64,000 bases of DNA, taken from contig NW_027590388.1 of assembly GCF_964213995.1 (NCBI RefSeq), positions 186,001 to 250,000 on the forward strand, written 5' to 3'. Positions within the stretch are counted from its first letter, which is position 1. Every line of letters begins with the position of its first letter. Origin of the DNA: Mustelus asterias. Lineage: Eukaryota. Of this stretch, positions 35,133-48,860 are shown in pieces. Under the pieces are notes generated by a model. That model had not been told where the DNA came from, made no database searches, and saw nothing but the letters and a program-made list of their open reading frames with translations. A program made the translations under genes and the position numbers.

Positions 35133-36395
35133 ATGGAGAAACCATGGAAATGTGGGGACTGTGGGAAGGGATTCAGGTTTCCATCTGAGCTGGAAACTCA
35201 TCAACGCAGTCACACTGGGGAGAAACCATTCACCTGTTCTGTGTGTGGGAAGGGATTCACTCAGTTACCCGGTCTGCTGAGTCACAATCTCACTCACACC
35301 AGTGAGAGACCCTTTAAATGCTCTGACTGTGGGAGTGACTTCAAAAGCTCACAGGATCTGATGTCCCACCAGCGCATTCACACTGAGGAGAGACCGTTCA
35401 GCTGCTCTCACTGCACAAAGAGATTTAAATGGTCATCCAGCCTGCGGAGACACCAGCGAGTTCACACTGGGGAGAAGCCGTTCACCTGCTCTGACTGTGG
35501 GAAAGGATTCACTCAGTTATCTGACCTGTGGACACATCAACGGGTTCACACTGGGGAGAGGCCGTACACTTGCTCTGACTGTGGGAAAGGATTCACTCAC
35601 TCAACCATTCTGCGGAGACACCAGCGAGTTCACACCGGGGAGAAACCGTTCACCTGCTGTGTGTGTGGGAAGGGATTCACTACTTCATCCAACCTGCTGA
35701 CACACAAAGTCACTCACAGCAATGAGAGACCCTTTAAATGTTCTGACTGTGGAAGTGGCTTCAAAAGTGCTGCAGATCTGATGATTCACCAGCGCATTCA
35801 CACTGAGGAGAGACCCTTCAGCTGCTCTCACTGCACAAAGAGATTTAAATGGTCATCCACCCTGAGGACACACCAGCGGGTTCACACTGGGGAGAAGCCA
35901 ATCACCTGCTCTGTGTGTGAGAAGAGATTCACTCAGTTATCTGACCTGCGGATACACCAGCGAGTTCACACTGGAGAGAGGCCGTACAACTGCTCTGTGT
36001 GTGGGAAGGGATTCACTCAGTTATCCAACCTGCAGAGACACCAGCGAGGTCACACTGGAGAGAGGCCATTCACTTGCTCTGACTGTGGGAAAAGATTCAC
36101 TCACTCAACCATTCTGCTGACACACCAGCGAGTTCACACCAGGGAGAGACTGTTCACCTGCTCTGACTGTGGGAAAGGATTCACTCAGTTATGCAGCCTG
36201 AAGAGACACCAGCGAATTCACACTGGGGAGAGGCCGTTCATCTGCACTGTGTGTGACAAGGGATTCAGACATTCAAATGCCCTGAAGAGACACCAGCGAA
36301 TTCACACTGGGGAGAGACCCTTCACCTGCCCTCAGTGTGGGAAGGGATTCAGTACATCATCCAGCCTGCGGAGACACCAGCGAGTTCACAAGTGA
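35133..36395 (+). CDS. C2H2 zinc-finger protein (ZNF gene 4), 420 aa, 15 fingers
   Basis: MEKPWKC start at 35133; intact array ending HQRVHK*. Confidence 0.92.
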   Translation: MEKPWKCGDCGKGFRFPSELETHQRSHTGEKPFTCSVCGKGFTQLPGLLSHNLTHTSERPFKCSDCGSDFKSSQDLMSHQRIHTEERPFSCSHCTKRFKWSSSLRRHQRVHTGEKPFTCSDCGKGFTQLSDLWTHQRVHTGERPYTCSDCGKGFTHSTILRRHQRVHTGEKPFTCCVCGKGFTTSSNLLTHKVTHSNERPFKCSDCGSGFKSAADLMIHQRIHTEERPFSCSHCTKRFKWSSTLRTHQRVHTGEKPITCSVCEKRFTQLSDLRIHQRVHTGERPYNCSVCGKGFTQLSNLQRHQRGHTGERPFTCSDCGKRFTHSTILLTHQRVHTRERLFTCSDCGKGFTQLCSLKRHQRIHTGERPFICTVCDKGFRHSNALKRHQRIHTGERPFTCPQCGKGFSTSSSLRRHQRVHK

Positions 36396-36485
36396 TGACC
36401 AGGGTTGGGTTCTGCTGTTATTGCTGCTGTTAATCACATCCAGGACTGAACCATGTTCATTCTGACAGTTGGTGAAGTGGGAGGG

Positions 36486-37407
36486 TGTTGGGGAAAGGAA
36501 AAAAATCCAAGTGTGTTCGAGAAGATTTTAAACCATTAGGCATTTAAGACACTGACTGAACGACCAGCATTGAGTTAAATGACTCTAAATCAGACTCAGA
36601 AGCTAACAAGGGAATAGTTCACACACGTGTGAATGCAGTAAGAGATTTAAAACAAGTGATTATGATTTAAACGCATCTTTTGATATTTTAAATGTATTGA
36701 CTGTATTTTTATAGAGTGATTGAGTGCTTTAGCCAAGAGCAAGTTGCCGCCGGGCCTGATGGTCTGGGGACTTTCAGACAGAGCCTCATTCTTAGGAAAC
36801 AATGAAACCTCAGAATGTGCAAGTTCTTATTAACGGGAATTGTGAGCAGTCAGGTTCTCAGGGCTGCTTATGAACAGAGTTATTCTCTGTCTGGATAAGA
36901 CAATGCCTTCTCAGACATGAGAACGTGCATCAGTCTGATATGGCCGGTGACATGGAGGAAAATAGTGGGAAGATTAACTTTGACCTTAACGTCTGGCGTT
37001 GCTAAGCAGTAGAGGAAGTTGAGTCACCAATAGGGGAGGAAGCATCTGGATTCCACGGACCAATGAAATCCCATCATGTCAGAGGGTAAAATGCAATTGT
37101 CTAAAGTATGTGACAGATGTTATTCATGATTTAAGTATATGGAAGATTGATTCAAAGCTGATGAAAGGCAGGAGAATTTGATATGAAAAATGTAGAATTG
37201 ATCGATCCGAAACTGTATTCATTGGAGTTTATTGGAGATGTCAGGCTGCTCTACGTCTGGAGGGGCCGAGGGCTCTTCAATAATCTCTCCCTGTGACGCA
37301 CTCTTCAAATAAATGTTACATCTTTAAACTTGGACACTGGCTTTCGTGAGTCCTTGTATTGGCTGAAGTTTTGGTGATATCCGGCCACCTCACAAACCCT
37401 GCTAACA
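36486..37407 (+). mobile_element. solo LTR (922 bp) in ZNF gene 4 3' UTR
   Basis: TGTT...AACA ends, 5-bp TSD gaggg, AATAAA at 37308; paralog 3' UTR consensus resumes after it. Confidence 0.85.
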
Positions 37408-38009
37408 GAGGGTTGGGTTTCTTTCTGTTGCATTAACCCATCACATGACTTTGCTTCCAAGGCTAATGCTCTTTGCGCCTGGGAGAGCACATTTCCAGTG
37501 AAATGATCCACAAAAGCTGATGAAGGACATTTATTTATCTTGGATAGTAAATAGTGTTTTTCTAAAATAAATAAATTTTTCTCTGTTCCATTGAGTCTAC
37601 AGCACAGGGCCAGGCCAGTCGTGTAACTAAGTCTGTGCACTAGATTTTAGTGAAACCCAACCATTTTCAGGTTAATTTCAGTTACATTCACAGCAATGAA
37701 AGGTTAAAATGTCATTTTGTTCTCGCACAGAGATAAGAAGCCGTTTAATGTTCAGTATCATCACTCACATGTATTCATGAAGGGTTATTACATCAATAGG
37801 AATCAGCCAGAAACAGATGACTGACCAAATAGTGAACCTCAGTGAAGTTTCAATTGAAGGATAAGTTATTAATAATCAGCAGTTAATGAGAAGCCACTTT
37901 AGGATATTTCTGTATTTCTCCATCAACTTTGCTTATGAGGACATTAAGGTGGTGTCAGAGCTGGGAAAGAAATGGGATGAGCCTTGGACTCTCAGGTCCA
38001 CTCCATCCT

Positions 38010-38130
38010 ATCCTCATAACCCCGCATATTTACCATAGCTAATTCACCAAACCTGCTCATCTTTGGAATGTGGGAGGAAACCAGAGCACCCGGAGGAAAC
38101 CCATGCAGACATGGCGATAATGTGCAAACA
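38010..38130 (-). mobile_element. SINE fragment
   Basis: HE1-like core, near reverse complement of 39390-39510. Confidence 0.75.
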
Positions 38131-38420
38131 CAACGTCCTCACCTTCAACAATCAGTTTTTCATCTAGACACACGGAACAGCCATGGGGACCAAATTCGCA
38201 CCTCAATATGCCAACATCTTCATGCACAGGTTCGAACAAGACCTCTTCACCGCACAGGACCTTTAACCGATGCTATGCACTAGATACATCAATGACATTT
38301 TCTTCCTTTGGATTTCTGGCGAACTATCACTGAGACAACTATATGATGACATCAACAAGTCCCATCCCACCATCAGACTCACCACAGACTACTCTCCAGA
38401 ATCAGTTGCATCCTTGGACT
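38131..38420 (+). mobile_element. Penelope RT fragment
   Basis: GTAMGTKFAPQYANIFM, RYINDIF. Confidence 0.85.
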
Positions 38421-39313
38421 CTCTCCCTATCAGGAACACACACACTGTCCTTGACTGTTGAGTCTGTCTGAATGAATGGGACTCCGGTAAAGACATCAAG
38501 ATAACAGGCAGAGCTGAAAGGAAGGCATTGTCCTAAGTTGAAGACCTTGTGCGTGATTAAATGGAACCAATGGAGTTGACTCTATTGACAAATTATAGAC
38601 CAATTCGCCGTTTCCAAACATTTGCCTGAGGTGGACTCACAACGTCTTTTGAGTCTAAAAAGAGGGGTTTCTGGGATTCACCTTTGTGAACATGGAGTGT
38701 AGGAGAAGCGGTTTGAATCTTCAGGGATAGTCAAGCTTCCTCCTATCAACGTGAAGGTCGTTTCCAATAAAGCTCAGGGGCAGATGAGTAGTTCATCCTG
38801 GGACTGGTTCAGTGATGGATTCCCTGCCCATCGATACCCCAGGAAGGTGCCGCCTGTGCTTCTCGGAGGCAGTGACTGTTTCTCTGTCAGCCCCAGGAGT
38901 TCACGTTGTCGTCCCTTGGAATGATCACTGATTTGAAAGTGTGGAGTTGGTGGAGTTTCATTGATGAGTAAACTTTACCCTACATCCCATCTCTGTTAGT
39001 TAGGTGATCAGTTTCTAAAAGTTGCTTATAATCAATAAACTTTGATACAATTGACTGATTTGGTGTCTGAGTCTTTGCTTGATGGTTATATCTCTGCCAA
39101 ATTCAAACCCTTTAAAAGAACAATTTGGGATCCAGAATTGGGCAGTGTACAGCCAAATTGGAACAGTGTAAAAGATCAAAAATAAATATTTTTTAAGCTG
39201 ACAATGTCTTTGTAACAATCAGCAGCCCCAGCCTTTCCTGAGGGTTAAATGCTCTCAGTTCTGAGATTATTCTTGTGAATATTTCTTGCTCCTTCTCCAG
39301 TGCCCCTATTTTT

Positions 39314-39602
39314 ACAGTGGTTAGCACTGCTGCCTCAGTGCCAGGGACTGGGTTTGATTCTGGCCTTGGGTCACTGTCTGTGTGAAGTTTGCACATTATC
39401 ACCATGTCTGCATGGGTTTCCTCCGGGTGCTCTGGTTTCCTCCCACATTCCAAAGATGAGCAGGTTTGGTGGATTAGCTGTGGTAAATATGCGGGGTTAT
39501 GAAAATAGGATGGAGTGGACCTGGCTGGGATGAACCTTCGGAGAGTCGGTGAAGACTCAACGGGCTGAATGGCCTCCTTCCGCGCTGGAGGGATTCTATG
39601 AT
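39314..39602 (+). mobile_element. HE1-like SINE
   Basis: homologous to 3253-3552. Confidence 0.85.
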
Positions 39603-39961
39603 CACAAATGTTGACAGTATTCCCAGTGTAGTATAATCACGCTTCCAATCAAGTCGAACATAACCTCCCTGCTGTTCAATTCTATCCCTCGAGAATGGAA
39701 CCCTATATATGTCCCAGACCTTAGGGAAGATGTGAAGTTCTTAGAGAGGGTGCAGAGGAGATTTGCACGAATGGCATCTCACATCATTAAAAAGTACCTG
39801 GATCAGCATCTGGCAAATCAGAACATTGAAGGCTATGGGCCAGTTGCTGGTAAATGGGATTTGGTGGGAGGTCGGGTGTTTCTTGCGTGTCGGTGCAGAC
39901 TCGATGTGCCGAAGGGCCTCTTCTGCACTGTACAATTCTAAGATGAGGTAATTCAGTTAGT

Positions 39962-40280
39962 TGGCGGCACCGTGGCACACTGGTTAGCACTGCTGACTCA
40001 CAGCACCAGGAACCCAGGTTCAATTCCGGCCTCAGGTCACTGGCTGTGTGGAGTTTGCACTTTCTCTTCATGTCTGCATGGGTTTCCTCCGGGTGCTCTG
40101 GTTTCCTCCCACAGTCCAAAGATGTGCATGTTAGGTTGATTGGCCATGTTAAATTGACACTAGCGTCAGGGGGATTAACAAGCTAAATGTGTAGGGTTAC
40201 GGGAATAGAGCCTGGGTGGGATCGTGATTTGTACAGACTCAATGGGCCGAATGGCCTCCTCCTATACTGCAGGGATTCTC
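39962..40280 (+). mobile_element. HE1-like SINE
   Basis: tRNA head, core and tail. Confidence 0.85.
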
Positions 40281-40441
40281 TGAGAGACTGGAGCAGCTTA
40301 AATTTCTCTCTTCAGATCAGTCAGACAGTAGGGTCTAGAATGGGGCCATTCAGTCCACTGATTCAATGCTGGCTCTCTGTAGATCAAACCCCTGCCCTGT
40401 TCTATATATTGACAGATCAATGCTCACTGCTTCCTGTCCAG

Positions 40442-42240
40442 ATTGCACCCTCCGTGCTCTCATCCCATGTACTCCCCGCATTGGAGATCTCTACTGCCTC
40501 CCGAAGTTACACAAGGCCAACACACCCGGCCATCCCATCGTATCAGACAATGGGACCCTGTGCGAGAACCTCTCCGGCTACGTCGAGGGCATCCTGAAAC
40601 CCATTGTACAAAGAACCCCCAGCTTTTGTCGCAACACTATGGACTTCCTACAGAAACTCAGCACACATGGAGCAGTTGAACCAGGAGCGCTCCTCGTCAC
40701 AATGGATGTCTTGGCACTCGACACCAGCATCCGCCACGATGATGGCATTGCTGCAACGGCCTCAGTACTCAACGCTGACAACTGCCAGTTTCCAGATGCA
40801 ATTTTACAACTCATCCGCTTCATCCTGGACACAATGTCTTCACCTTCAACGACCAGTTCTTCATCCAGACACATGGAACAGCCATGGGGACCAAATTCGC
40901 ACCTCAATATGCCAACATCTTCATGCACAGGTTCGAACAAGACTTCTTCACCGCACAGGACCTTCAACCAATGCTATACACTAGATACATCAATGATATT
41001 TTCTTCCTTTGGACTCGTGGTGAACAATCACTGAAACAACTATATGATGACATCAACAAGTTCCATCCCACCATCAGACTCACCATGGACTACTCTCCGG
41101 AATTGGTTGCATTCTTGGACACACGCATCTCCATTAAGGATGGTCACCTCAGCACCTCACTGTACCAAAGTCCACGGAAAACCTCACGATGCTCCACTTC
41201 TCCAGCTTCCACCCTAAACACGTTGAAGAAGCCATCCCCTACGGACAAGCCCTCCGTACACACAGGATCTGCTCGGATGAGGAGGATCGCAACAGACACC
41301 TCTAGACGCTGAAAGATGCCCTCATAAGAACAGGATATGGCGCTCGACTCATTGATTGACAGTTCCGACGCGCCACAGCGAAAAATAGCACCAACCTCCT
41401 CAGAAGACTAACACGGGACACGGTGGACAGGGTACCCTTCGTCGTCCAGTACTTCCCCGGAGTGGAGAAGATACGACATCTCCTCTGGAGCCTTCAACAT
41501 GTCATTGATGAAGATGAACATCTCGCCAAGGCCATCCCCACATCTTGCCTTCAAACATCCGCACAACCTCAAACAGACCATTGTCCGCAGCAAACTACCC
41601 AGCCTTCAGGAGAACAGTGACCAATACACCACACAACCCTGCCACAGCAACCTCTGCAAGACGTTTTGGTCGTGGGCCGTGAAACATTTTGTCAGTTTGC
41701 AGATCTTTCATTTTGTTCTTCTCCACCTCCCTCGCTCAATTCTTCAGAGGTCAGTCTTTGACAAAGGGTCATCTGGACTCGAAATGTAAGCACTTTTCTC
41801 TCCTGACAAATGCCCGTGACCGCTGAAGTGCGTCATGGGCATTCAGCCTCTGATCTTTGGGTAAGCATTCTCCAAGGCGGCCTTCATGACACACAACAGC
41901 GCAGAGTCGCTGAGCAGATGTTGGATTTATGTCACATTATCAGTAACCCCCACAGCTTGCCTCCTGGACTTGCGGGCTGTCCTGTCTGGAGACAATACAC
42001 ATCTCTTTAACCTGTGCTTAATGCTCCCTCCACCCACATTGTCTGTATCTTTAAGATCTGGTTGGCTGGAGGGATTCGCATTCTAATCAGTATTCTGTAA
42101 CTTGATTTTGTGTCTCTGTGCCCTGTTTGAGAGCACATTTCCACTCCATCTGACGAAGGAGCAGCGCTCCGAAAGCTAATGGTATTTGCTACCAAATAAA
42201 CCTGTTGGACTTTAACCTGGTGTTGTTAAAACTCTGACTG
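40442..42240 (+). mobile_element. Penelope-like retroelement, degenerate RT plus pLTR
   Basis: LYCLPKLHK, GHPIVS, LVTMDV, AMGTKFAP, RYINDIF, VAFLD; stops and frameshifts; interrupted at ~41662-41810. Confidence 0.9.
42146..42182 (+). ncRNA. minimal type I hammerhead ribozyme
   Basis: ccat-CTGACGA-a-ggagc agc gctcc-GAAA-gc-TA-atgg; stem I ccat/atgg, palindromic AGCT stem III. Confidence 0.85.
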
Positions 42241-42719
42241 GGTTTTCTCCCACAGACCGAAGGACTTGCTGGTTAGGTACATTGAGCATGCTAAATTCTC
42301 CCTCAGTTTACCCGAACAGGTGCCAGAGTGTGGTGACTGGGGGATTTTCAGAGTAACTTCATTGCAGTGTGAATGTGTGACACTTATAAATAAACTTTAA
42401 AAAACCTTGAACTTTTAAAAACTACTACCAAATTGGTTTCTTGAATCCCCTTTTTTATATTTTCAAAATGTAGAAAGCCCACCTCAGCCAATTGTTGGGA
42501 ATTAGCCAATTGGTCTATAACTTGTCAATAATGAAACTGGTTTGGTTTTTAGCTAGTTGCACACATTGTCTGAATTTTAAGACAATTCTTTCTCTCAAAC
42601 GATATCTCTTAGCTTGGGGTTGCCTGAGTGTTGACCAATAATTGGTTAACATCAGTCATTCAATGTTGAGACATCTTGAACAGGAACTGATTCATCCCCT
42701 CCAGTCAAGGTTAACAAAG

Positions 42720-43018
42720 TATTAGTTTATTTATTAGTGTCACCAATCAGCTTACGTTAACACTGCAATGAAGTTACTATGAAAATCCCTTAGTTGCCAC
42801 ACTCTGGCGACTGATCGGATAAACTGATTGAGAATTTAACATGGCTAATGCACCTAACCAGCACGTCTTTCGGACTGTGGGAGGAAACTGGAGCACCCGG
42901 AGGAAACCCATGCAGACACGGGGAGAACGTGCAGACTCCGCACAGTCACCCAAGCCGGGAATCGAACCCAGGTCCCTGGCACTGTGAGACAGCACTGCTA
43001 ACCACTGTGGCACCGCGC
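42720..43018 (-). mobile_element. tRNA-derived SINE (inverted partial copy at 42240-42400)
   Basis: same type as 9795-10069. Confidence 0.85.
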
Positions 43019-43298
43019 CACGCTAACAAGTCTTGTTATTTTTTTTATTCTGTTGGCCTCAGAACGTAACATTTTATAATTCCCACAGCATTTTAAACAT
43101 TCTTTATATCTTTATAATTCTAAACGTTATAAACTTTTGTGTTCAAATTTACATTTCCAGCCTAACAACTGTATTAATGATTCATTTATTATTTAATTGT
43201 CTCTCAATTCAGGCTGTCCATTTAACTAATCTCCTGCTTTACAATTGTGGGAACTTCAGTCACAAATAAGGTAGTCAAATGCATTGTTAAAAGCAGGA

Positions 43299-44470
43299 TG
43301 TTCTTTATATAAATAAATAACAAAGTTTAAAAATCATTGGCAAACAAAAGGAAACAGGAGCATTGGAACCAGCCTGGACTTGCAGACTGAAACCCCGCCC
43401 AAAGCCCGCACGTGCTCAGAAGGGAGAGAGGTTGAGAAGAACACTCTGTAACACTTCTTCTCCCCTTAAATTTCAATCCCCCATCAGGACAGAAATACAA
43501 CAAAGTAATGTCTTTAATAATACGGAAATCTGTCAGGAGCTTTGTGGTTGCATTGCGACCTGTACAATACCACTGGTAAATCTTGTAATGGTGTTTCTGG
43601 AATGGGAGGTGCAGAGGTAGTTTGAGAATCTGTACATGAACATTCCTCTTCCACTCCCACAGCAGAGTCAACTGGCAAAGCTGGAACCATTTCCTGGTGA
43701 ACATCCACAGCAGCATGACCCTCTGCCATGTTCTCAGTAATGGTTGCTGACTCTGAAACTGTTCCTGACACGGGGTCACACCGCAAGCGAATATGGTCTT
43801 GGTGTCTGCGAACAACTCTTCCATTTTACAGTCTCACCACCCAAGATACTGGACCACTTTGGTTTAAAATTATTCCCGGTAACCACCTTTGGTTCCTCCC
43901 AAAGTTTCTGATGTAAACCTGATCACCCGGTTTGAACTGCCCCTCTTTGGTGCGGTAGTCGTGTCCCTCCTTCTTCTCTTGTCTCCTGCTCACTTTTGCT
44001 CTGAGATCTGGGTGAAGCAGATCCAGATGAGACTTCAACCTTTCCCCGAAAAATTCCGCAGGAGAGAGTCCGGTTGTGGATTGTGGTGTGATGCGAAACT
44101 GGAACAAAAATCTTGAGAGCTTGTTCTTAAAGTATCGCTTGCCATTCTCTTCAATCCCTCCTTCAGTGTTTGAACAGCTCTTTCTGCGAGACCATTTGTA
44201 GCCAGATGAAATGGTGCAGTACGCACATGGCGTAGACCATTCCTTTACAGGAATTCCTGAAACACCTCACTTGTAAACAGAGTGTCGTTATCTGAAACAA
44301 GCCAATCTGGTAACCCAGGGCTTGTGAAAATTTGACAGAGCTTCTCTATTGTCACAGGAGCTGGAATATTACTCATGGTCTGTGCTTCCAACCATTTTGA
44401 ATGCACATTTACAACGACCAAACACACGTGATTCATGAAAGGCCCCCAAAGGCCACATTTAGTCTGGACC
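43299..44470 (-). mobile_element. degenerate Ty3/Gypsy integrase fragment with PPT and 3' LTR
   Basis: HSKWLE, LVSDN, NGLAERAVQTLK, TPQSTTGLSPAE; PPT 43454-43470; putative LTR 43299-43453. Confidence 0.8.
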
Positions 44471-46099
44471 ACGGCCTATCAGGCCACTCCCAAGGATGAA
44501 GTGGTAATGTACCCAGTGTGTTGTGCCTGATTCAATCGACAAACAGTTTATTGAGTTACGCCAGCGGGGAGAAGCCACAGGGCTGATCATGTGTAACTCC
44601 ACCCAACAAAGAATATCATCAATTCTTATCCAGTTACTCAGCCCATCCCGGCTGGACACAATCCAATCAGAATGGTGATAGATTACACACATTATAGGTT
44701 CAATAAAATTAGTATCTGGGCATTATGGGGCTTTGTGATCATCTCATGGACAAGTTCCCCTATCATGATGCTTTCCAGACCCCCCATTGGGGGGGTCTTT
44801 CTTTGTACATAGACTCCCTTAGTTAGAAATGGGGTGGATTAAAAGTTCTCAAATGGACGTCAGCACTCTTCCTTTGTTTTAATCTAATGACCACATGGTC
44901 TGGGAACATTTCTATTTAATACTCTTTCTTTGTAAACTCTTTTCTTCAGTATCCAATTCCAGAATTTTCCTTTTCTTTGTGTTACTTGCGTCAGGAATAA
45001 ATCTTTGGACCTGACAGGAAGTTTAACCCAAGATCAATCCAACACAGGATTGGTCAGAATCATTTCACATGTGTCAAATTTTAAATAACCATTACAAATT
45101 AAAACTCTCATTCTCACATGGGTGAATTGTATCCGGATTAAAGTTTCCACATGTTTAGTAAAATACCCTGGAATCCTGTCTCTGGCCAGTAAATATGGCT
45201 CCAAGTTCATAACTTCTGAACAAAAAAAGTTTTATTGATCACACTTTCTTTGTTAAAAATCTGTTTGATTTAAATCACAGACAGAAAACCTCAAAGCTTG
45301 AAGCGTTCAACCCACAAATATCATCCATACACAAACAGAGAAACTTAGCATGTGCTTTACAACAACAATAACCAAAATTAATTACTTAAGCGTTCTTGTG
45401 ATCCTGTTTTTAAACTTCCAAAAATGCCTTTAATTAAAGATTCAAGATCAGGTTAATCCACCAGAAAGATAAACCGTAACAAATGTAGCCCAAAACAATG
45501 ATAAAACACATCTACAAACATCCACATAAAACAAACAAAACACACAGATTCTCACAGCTCATAAATTTCAAACAATGAATCCTCAGCATTCTCTCTCGCA
45601 GCTATAGCTTCTTAAAGCGACAGAGCACTACAAGCTCACAACTTCTTGATTAAAATAAGATGCAAGATCCTTCATTATAACTTAACCTTTTTTAAGCCAA
45701 CTTACAAGGACTGATTTTAGAGGCAACATCTTTTGTTGATTTAAAACCCCAAACACGTTCCACCCAAACACTGGCAAAATCTTTGTTCTTTATCTGGGGA
45801 TAAAATTCTCAGTTATTCCAAATTCCTCCAGGCTATGGTTAATATTTCCGCATTTAACTTATTCCCAGAAATCCTCAATTATAAACTAAAATAGACACGT
45901 GTTTCCGGGCAGTCACAGGAATATGGTCAAGATAGTCCAGTCCCACAATGCCTCACATTCAATCTGCAGTCCTTCAATTATAACAGAATATGTGGCTGTA
46001 TGTCGCTGCCTTGGCCATGGTCAACCCCAAGGGTGCCTTCTTGAACTGCTGCAATGCCTGAGGTGTACGCACATCCACAGTGCTGCGAGGAAGGGACTT

Positions 46100-48860
46100 C
46101 CAGTTACTGAGAGAGACAAGAGATGAAATTGCTGGGCCTCTGACAGAAATCTTTGTTTCTTCATTGGACACAGGTGAGGTCCCAGAGGATTGGAGGATAG
46201 CAAATGTGATCCCGTTATTTAAGAAGGGTAGCAAGGATAACCCGGGCAATTATAGGCCAGTGAGCTTGACGTCCGTGGTCGGGAAATTGTTGGAGAAGAT
46301 TCTTAGAGATAGGATCTGTACACATTTAGAACTGAATAATCTCATTAGCGATAGACAACATGGTTTTGTACGAGGGAAATTTGGTTGAGTTTTTTGAGGA
46401 GGTGACAAAAATGATTGACGAGGGAAGGGCCATGGATGTCGTCTACATGGATTTTAGTAAAGCATTTGACAAGGTCCCTCATGGCAGGCTGGTGCAAAAG
46501 GTTAAATCTCACGGGATCAAAGGTGAACTAGCTAGATGGGTACAGAACTGGCTTCGCCACAGAAGACAGAGGGTAGCAGTGGAGGGGTCTTTTTCTGATT
46601 GGAGGGCTGTGACTAGGGTGTTCACAGTAAGAGTTTTAACAACACCAGGTTAAAGTCCAACAGGTTTATTTGGTAGCAAATGGCATTAGCTTTCGGAGCG
46701 CAGATAGTGAGGAACATTGTCAGAGGCTACAGAAGGATATAGATGGGCTGGAAATTTGGGCAAAGAAATGGCAGATGGAGTTCAATCCTGATCAATGCGA
46801 AGTGATGCATTTTGGGAGAACTAACGTAGGGGGGAGCTATACGATAAATGGCAGAACCATAAAAGGTGTAGATACGCAGAGGGACCTGGGTGTGCAAGTC
46901 CACAGATCCTTGAAGGTGATGTCACAGGTGGAGAAGGTTGAGAATAAGGCATATGGCATGCTTGCCTTAATAGGACGGGGCATAGAGTATAAAAGTTGGG
47001 GTCTGATGTTACGGTTGTATAGAACGTTGGTTCGGCCGCATTTGGAATACTGCGTCCAGTTCTGGTCGCCACACTACCGGAAGGACGTGGAGGCTTTAGA
47101 GAGAGTACAGAGGAGGTTTACCAGGATGCTGTCTGGGATGGAAGGGCTTAGTTATGAGAAGAGATTGGGTAAACTGGGGTTGTTCTCCCTGGAAAGACGG
47201 AGGATGAGGGGTGACCTAATAGAGGTGTATAAAATTATGAAAGGCAGAGATAGGGCGAACAGTGGGAAGCTTTTCCCCAGGTCGGTGGTGACATTCATGA
47301 GGGGTCATAGGTTCAAGGTGAAGAGGAGGAGGTTTAACACAGATATCAGAGGGACGTATTTTACACAGAGGGTGGTGGGGGCCTGGAATGCGCTGCCGGG
47401 CAAGGTGGTGGAGGCAGACACACTGGGAATGTTTAAGACTTATCTTGATCGCCACATGAACGGAGTGGGAATGGAGAAGTACAAAAGAATGGTCTAGTTT
47501 GGACCAGGGAGCGGCGCGGGCTTGGAGAGCTGAAGGGCCTGTTCCTGTGCTGTATTGTTCTTTGTTTGTTCGCTGCTCCTTCGTCAGATGGAGCAGGTGG
47601 TCGAAAGGAGCAGCGCTCCGAAAGCTAATGGCATTTGCTACCAAATAAACCTGTTGGACTTTAACCTGGTGTTGTTAAAACTCTTACTGTGTTTACCCCA
47701 GTCCAACGCCGGCATCTCCACCTCATGACTCAGGTGTTCTGCAGGGCTCTGTACTGGGACCTCTGCTGTTTGTGATATATATAAATGATTTGGAAGAAGA
47801 TGTCGCTGGGCTGATTAGTAAGTTTGCGGACGACACAAAGATTGCTGGAGTTGCAGATAGTGATGAACATTGTCAGAGAATACAGCAGGATATAGATAGG
47901 CTGGAAAATTGGGCGGAGAAATGGCAGATGGAATTTAAGATGTGGAGATGCCGGTGTTGGACTGGGGGAAACACAGTAAGAAGTCTAACAACACCAGGTT
48001 AAAGTCCAACAGGTTTATTTGGTAGCAAAAGCCACTCGCTTTTGGAACAGGCTGTCACTTCATCAGGTAGGTGGGAGTTCCAGATAAATGCGAAGTGATG
48101 CATTTTGGTAGATCTAATGCAGGGGGAACTATACAATAAATGGCAGAACCATCAGGAGTATATACACACAGAGGGATCTGGGTGTGCAAGTCCACATATC
48201 CTTAAAGGTGGCAGCACAGGTGGAAAAGGTGGTGAAGAAGACATATGGCATGCTTGCCTTTATTGGACGGGGCATAGAGTATAAAAGTTGGCATATGATG
48301 TGGCAGTTACATAGAACGTTGGTTAGGCCACATTTGGAATACTGTGTCCAGTTCTGGTCGCCACACTACCAGAAGGATGTGGAGGCTTTGGAGAGAGTGC
48401 AGAAAAGGTTTACCAGGATGTTGCCTGGTATGGAGGGTATTAGCTATGAGGAGAGATTGAGTAAACTAGGGTTGTTCTCCCTGGAAAGACGGAGGTTGAG
48501 GGGGCGACCTTATAGAAGTTTATAAAATTATGAAGGGAATAGATAGGGTGAACAGTTGGAAGCTTTTTCCCAGGTCAGAAATGACAAACACAAGGGGTCA
48601 CAAGTTCAAAGTAAGGGGGGCAAGGTTCAATACAGATATGTGGGGGACGTACTTTACACAGAGGGTGGTGGAGGCCTGGAATGCACTACCAAGCAAGGTG
48701 GTTGAGGCAGACATGCTAGGATCATTTAAGACTTATTGAGATAGCCACATGAACAGACTGGGAATAGAGGGATACAAACGGATTGTCCAGTTAGGAAGAC
48801 GTGATCAGTGCAGGCTTGGAGGGCCGAAGGGCCTGTTCCTGTGCTGTATTGTTCTTTGTA
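46100..48860 (+). mobile_element. CR1 LINE with nested Penelope (46618-47727, 47938-48080) and CR1 (46702-47570) insertions
   Basis: [32 protein letters not shown]; absent from paralog at ~12325. Confidence 0.9.
46702..47570 (+). mobile_element. young CR1 3' fragment with open ORF2 C-terminus
   Basis: ORF to 47497; same family as 7026-7880; inserted inside a Penelope hammerhead. Confidence 0.9.

Noticed and set aside
38470-39000. Possible retroelement coding remnant
   Set aside because: No motif could be read with confidence; left unannotated
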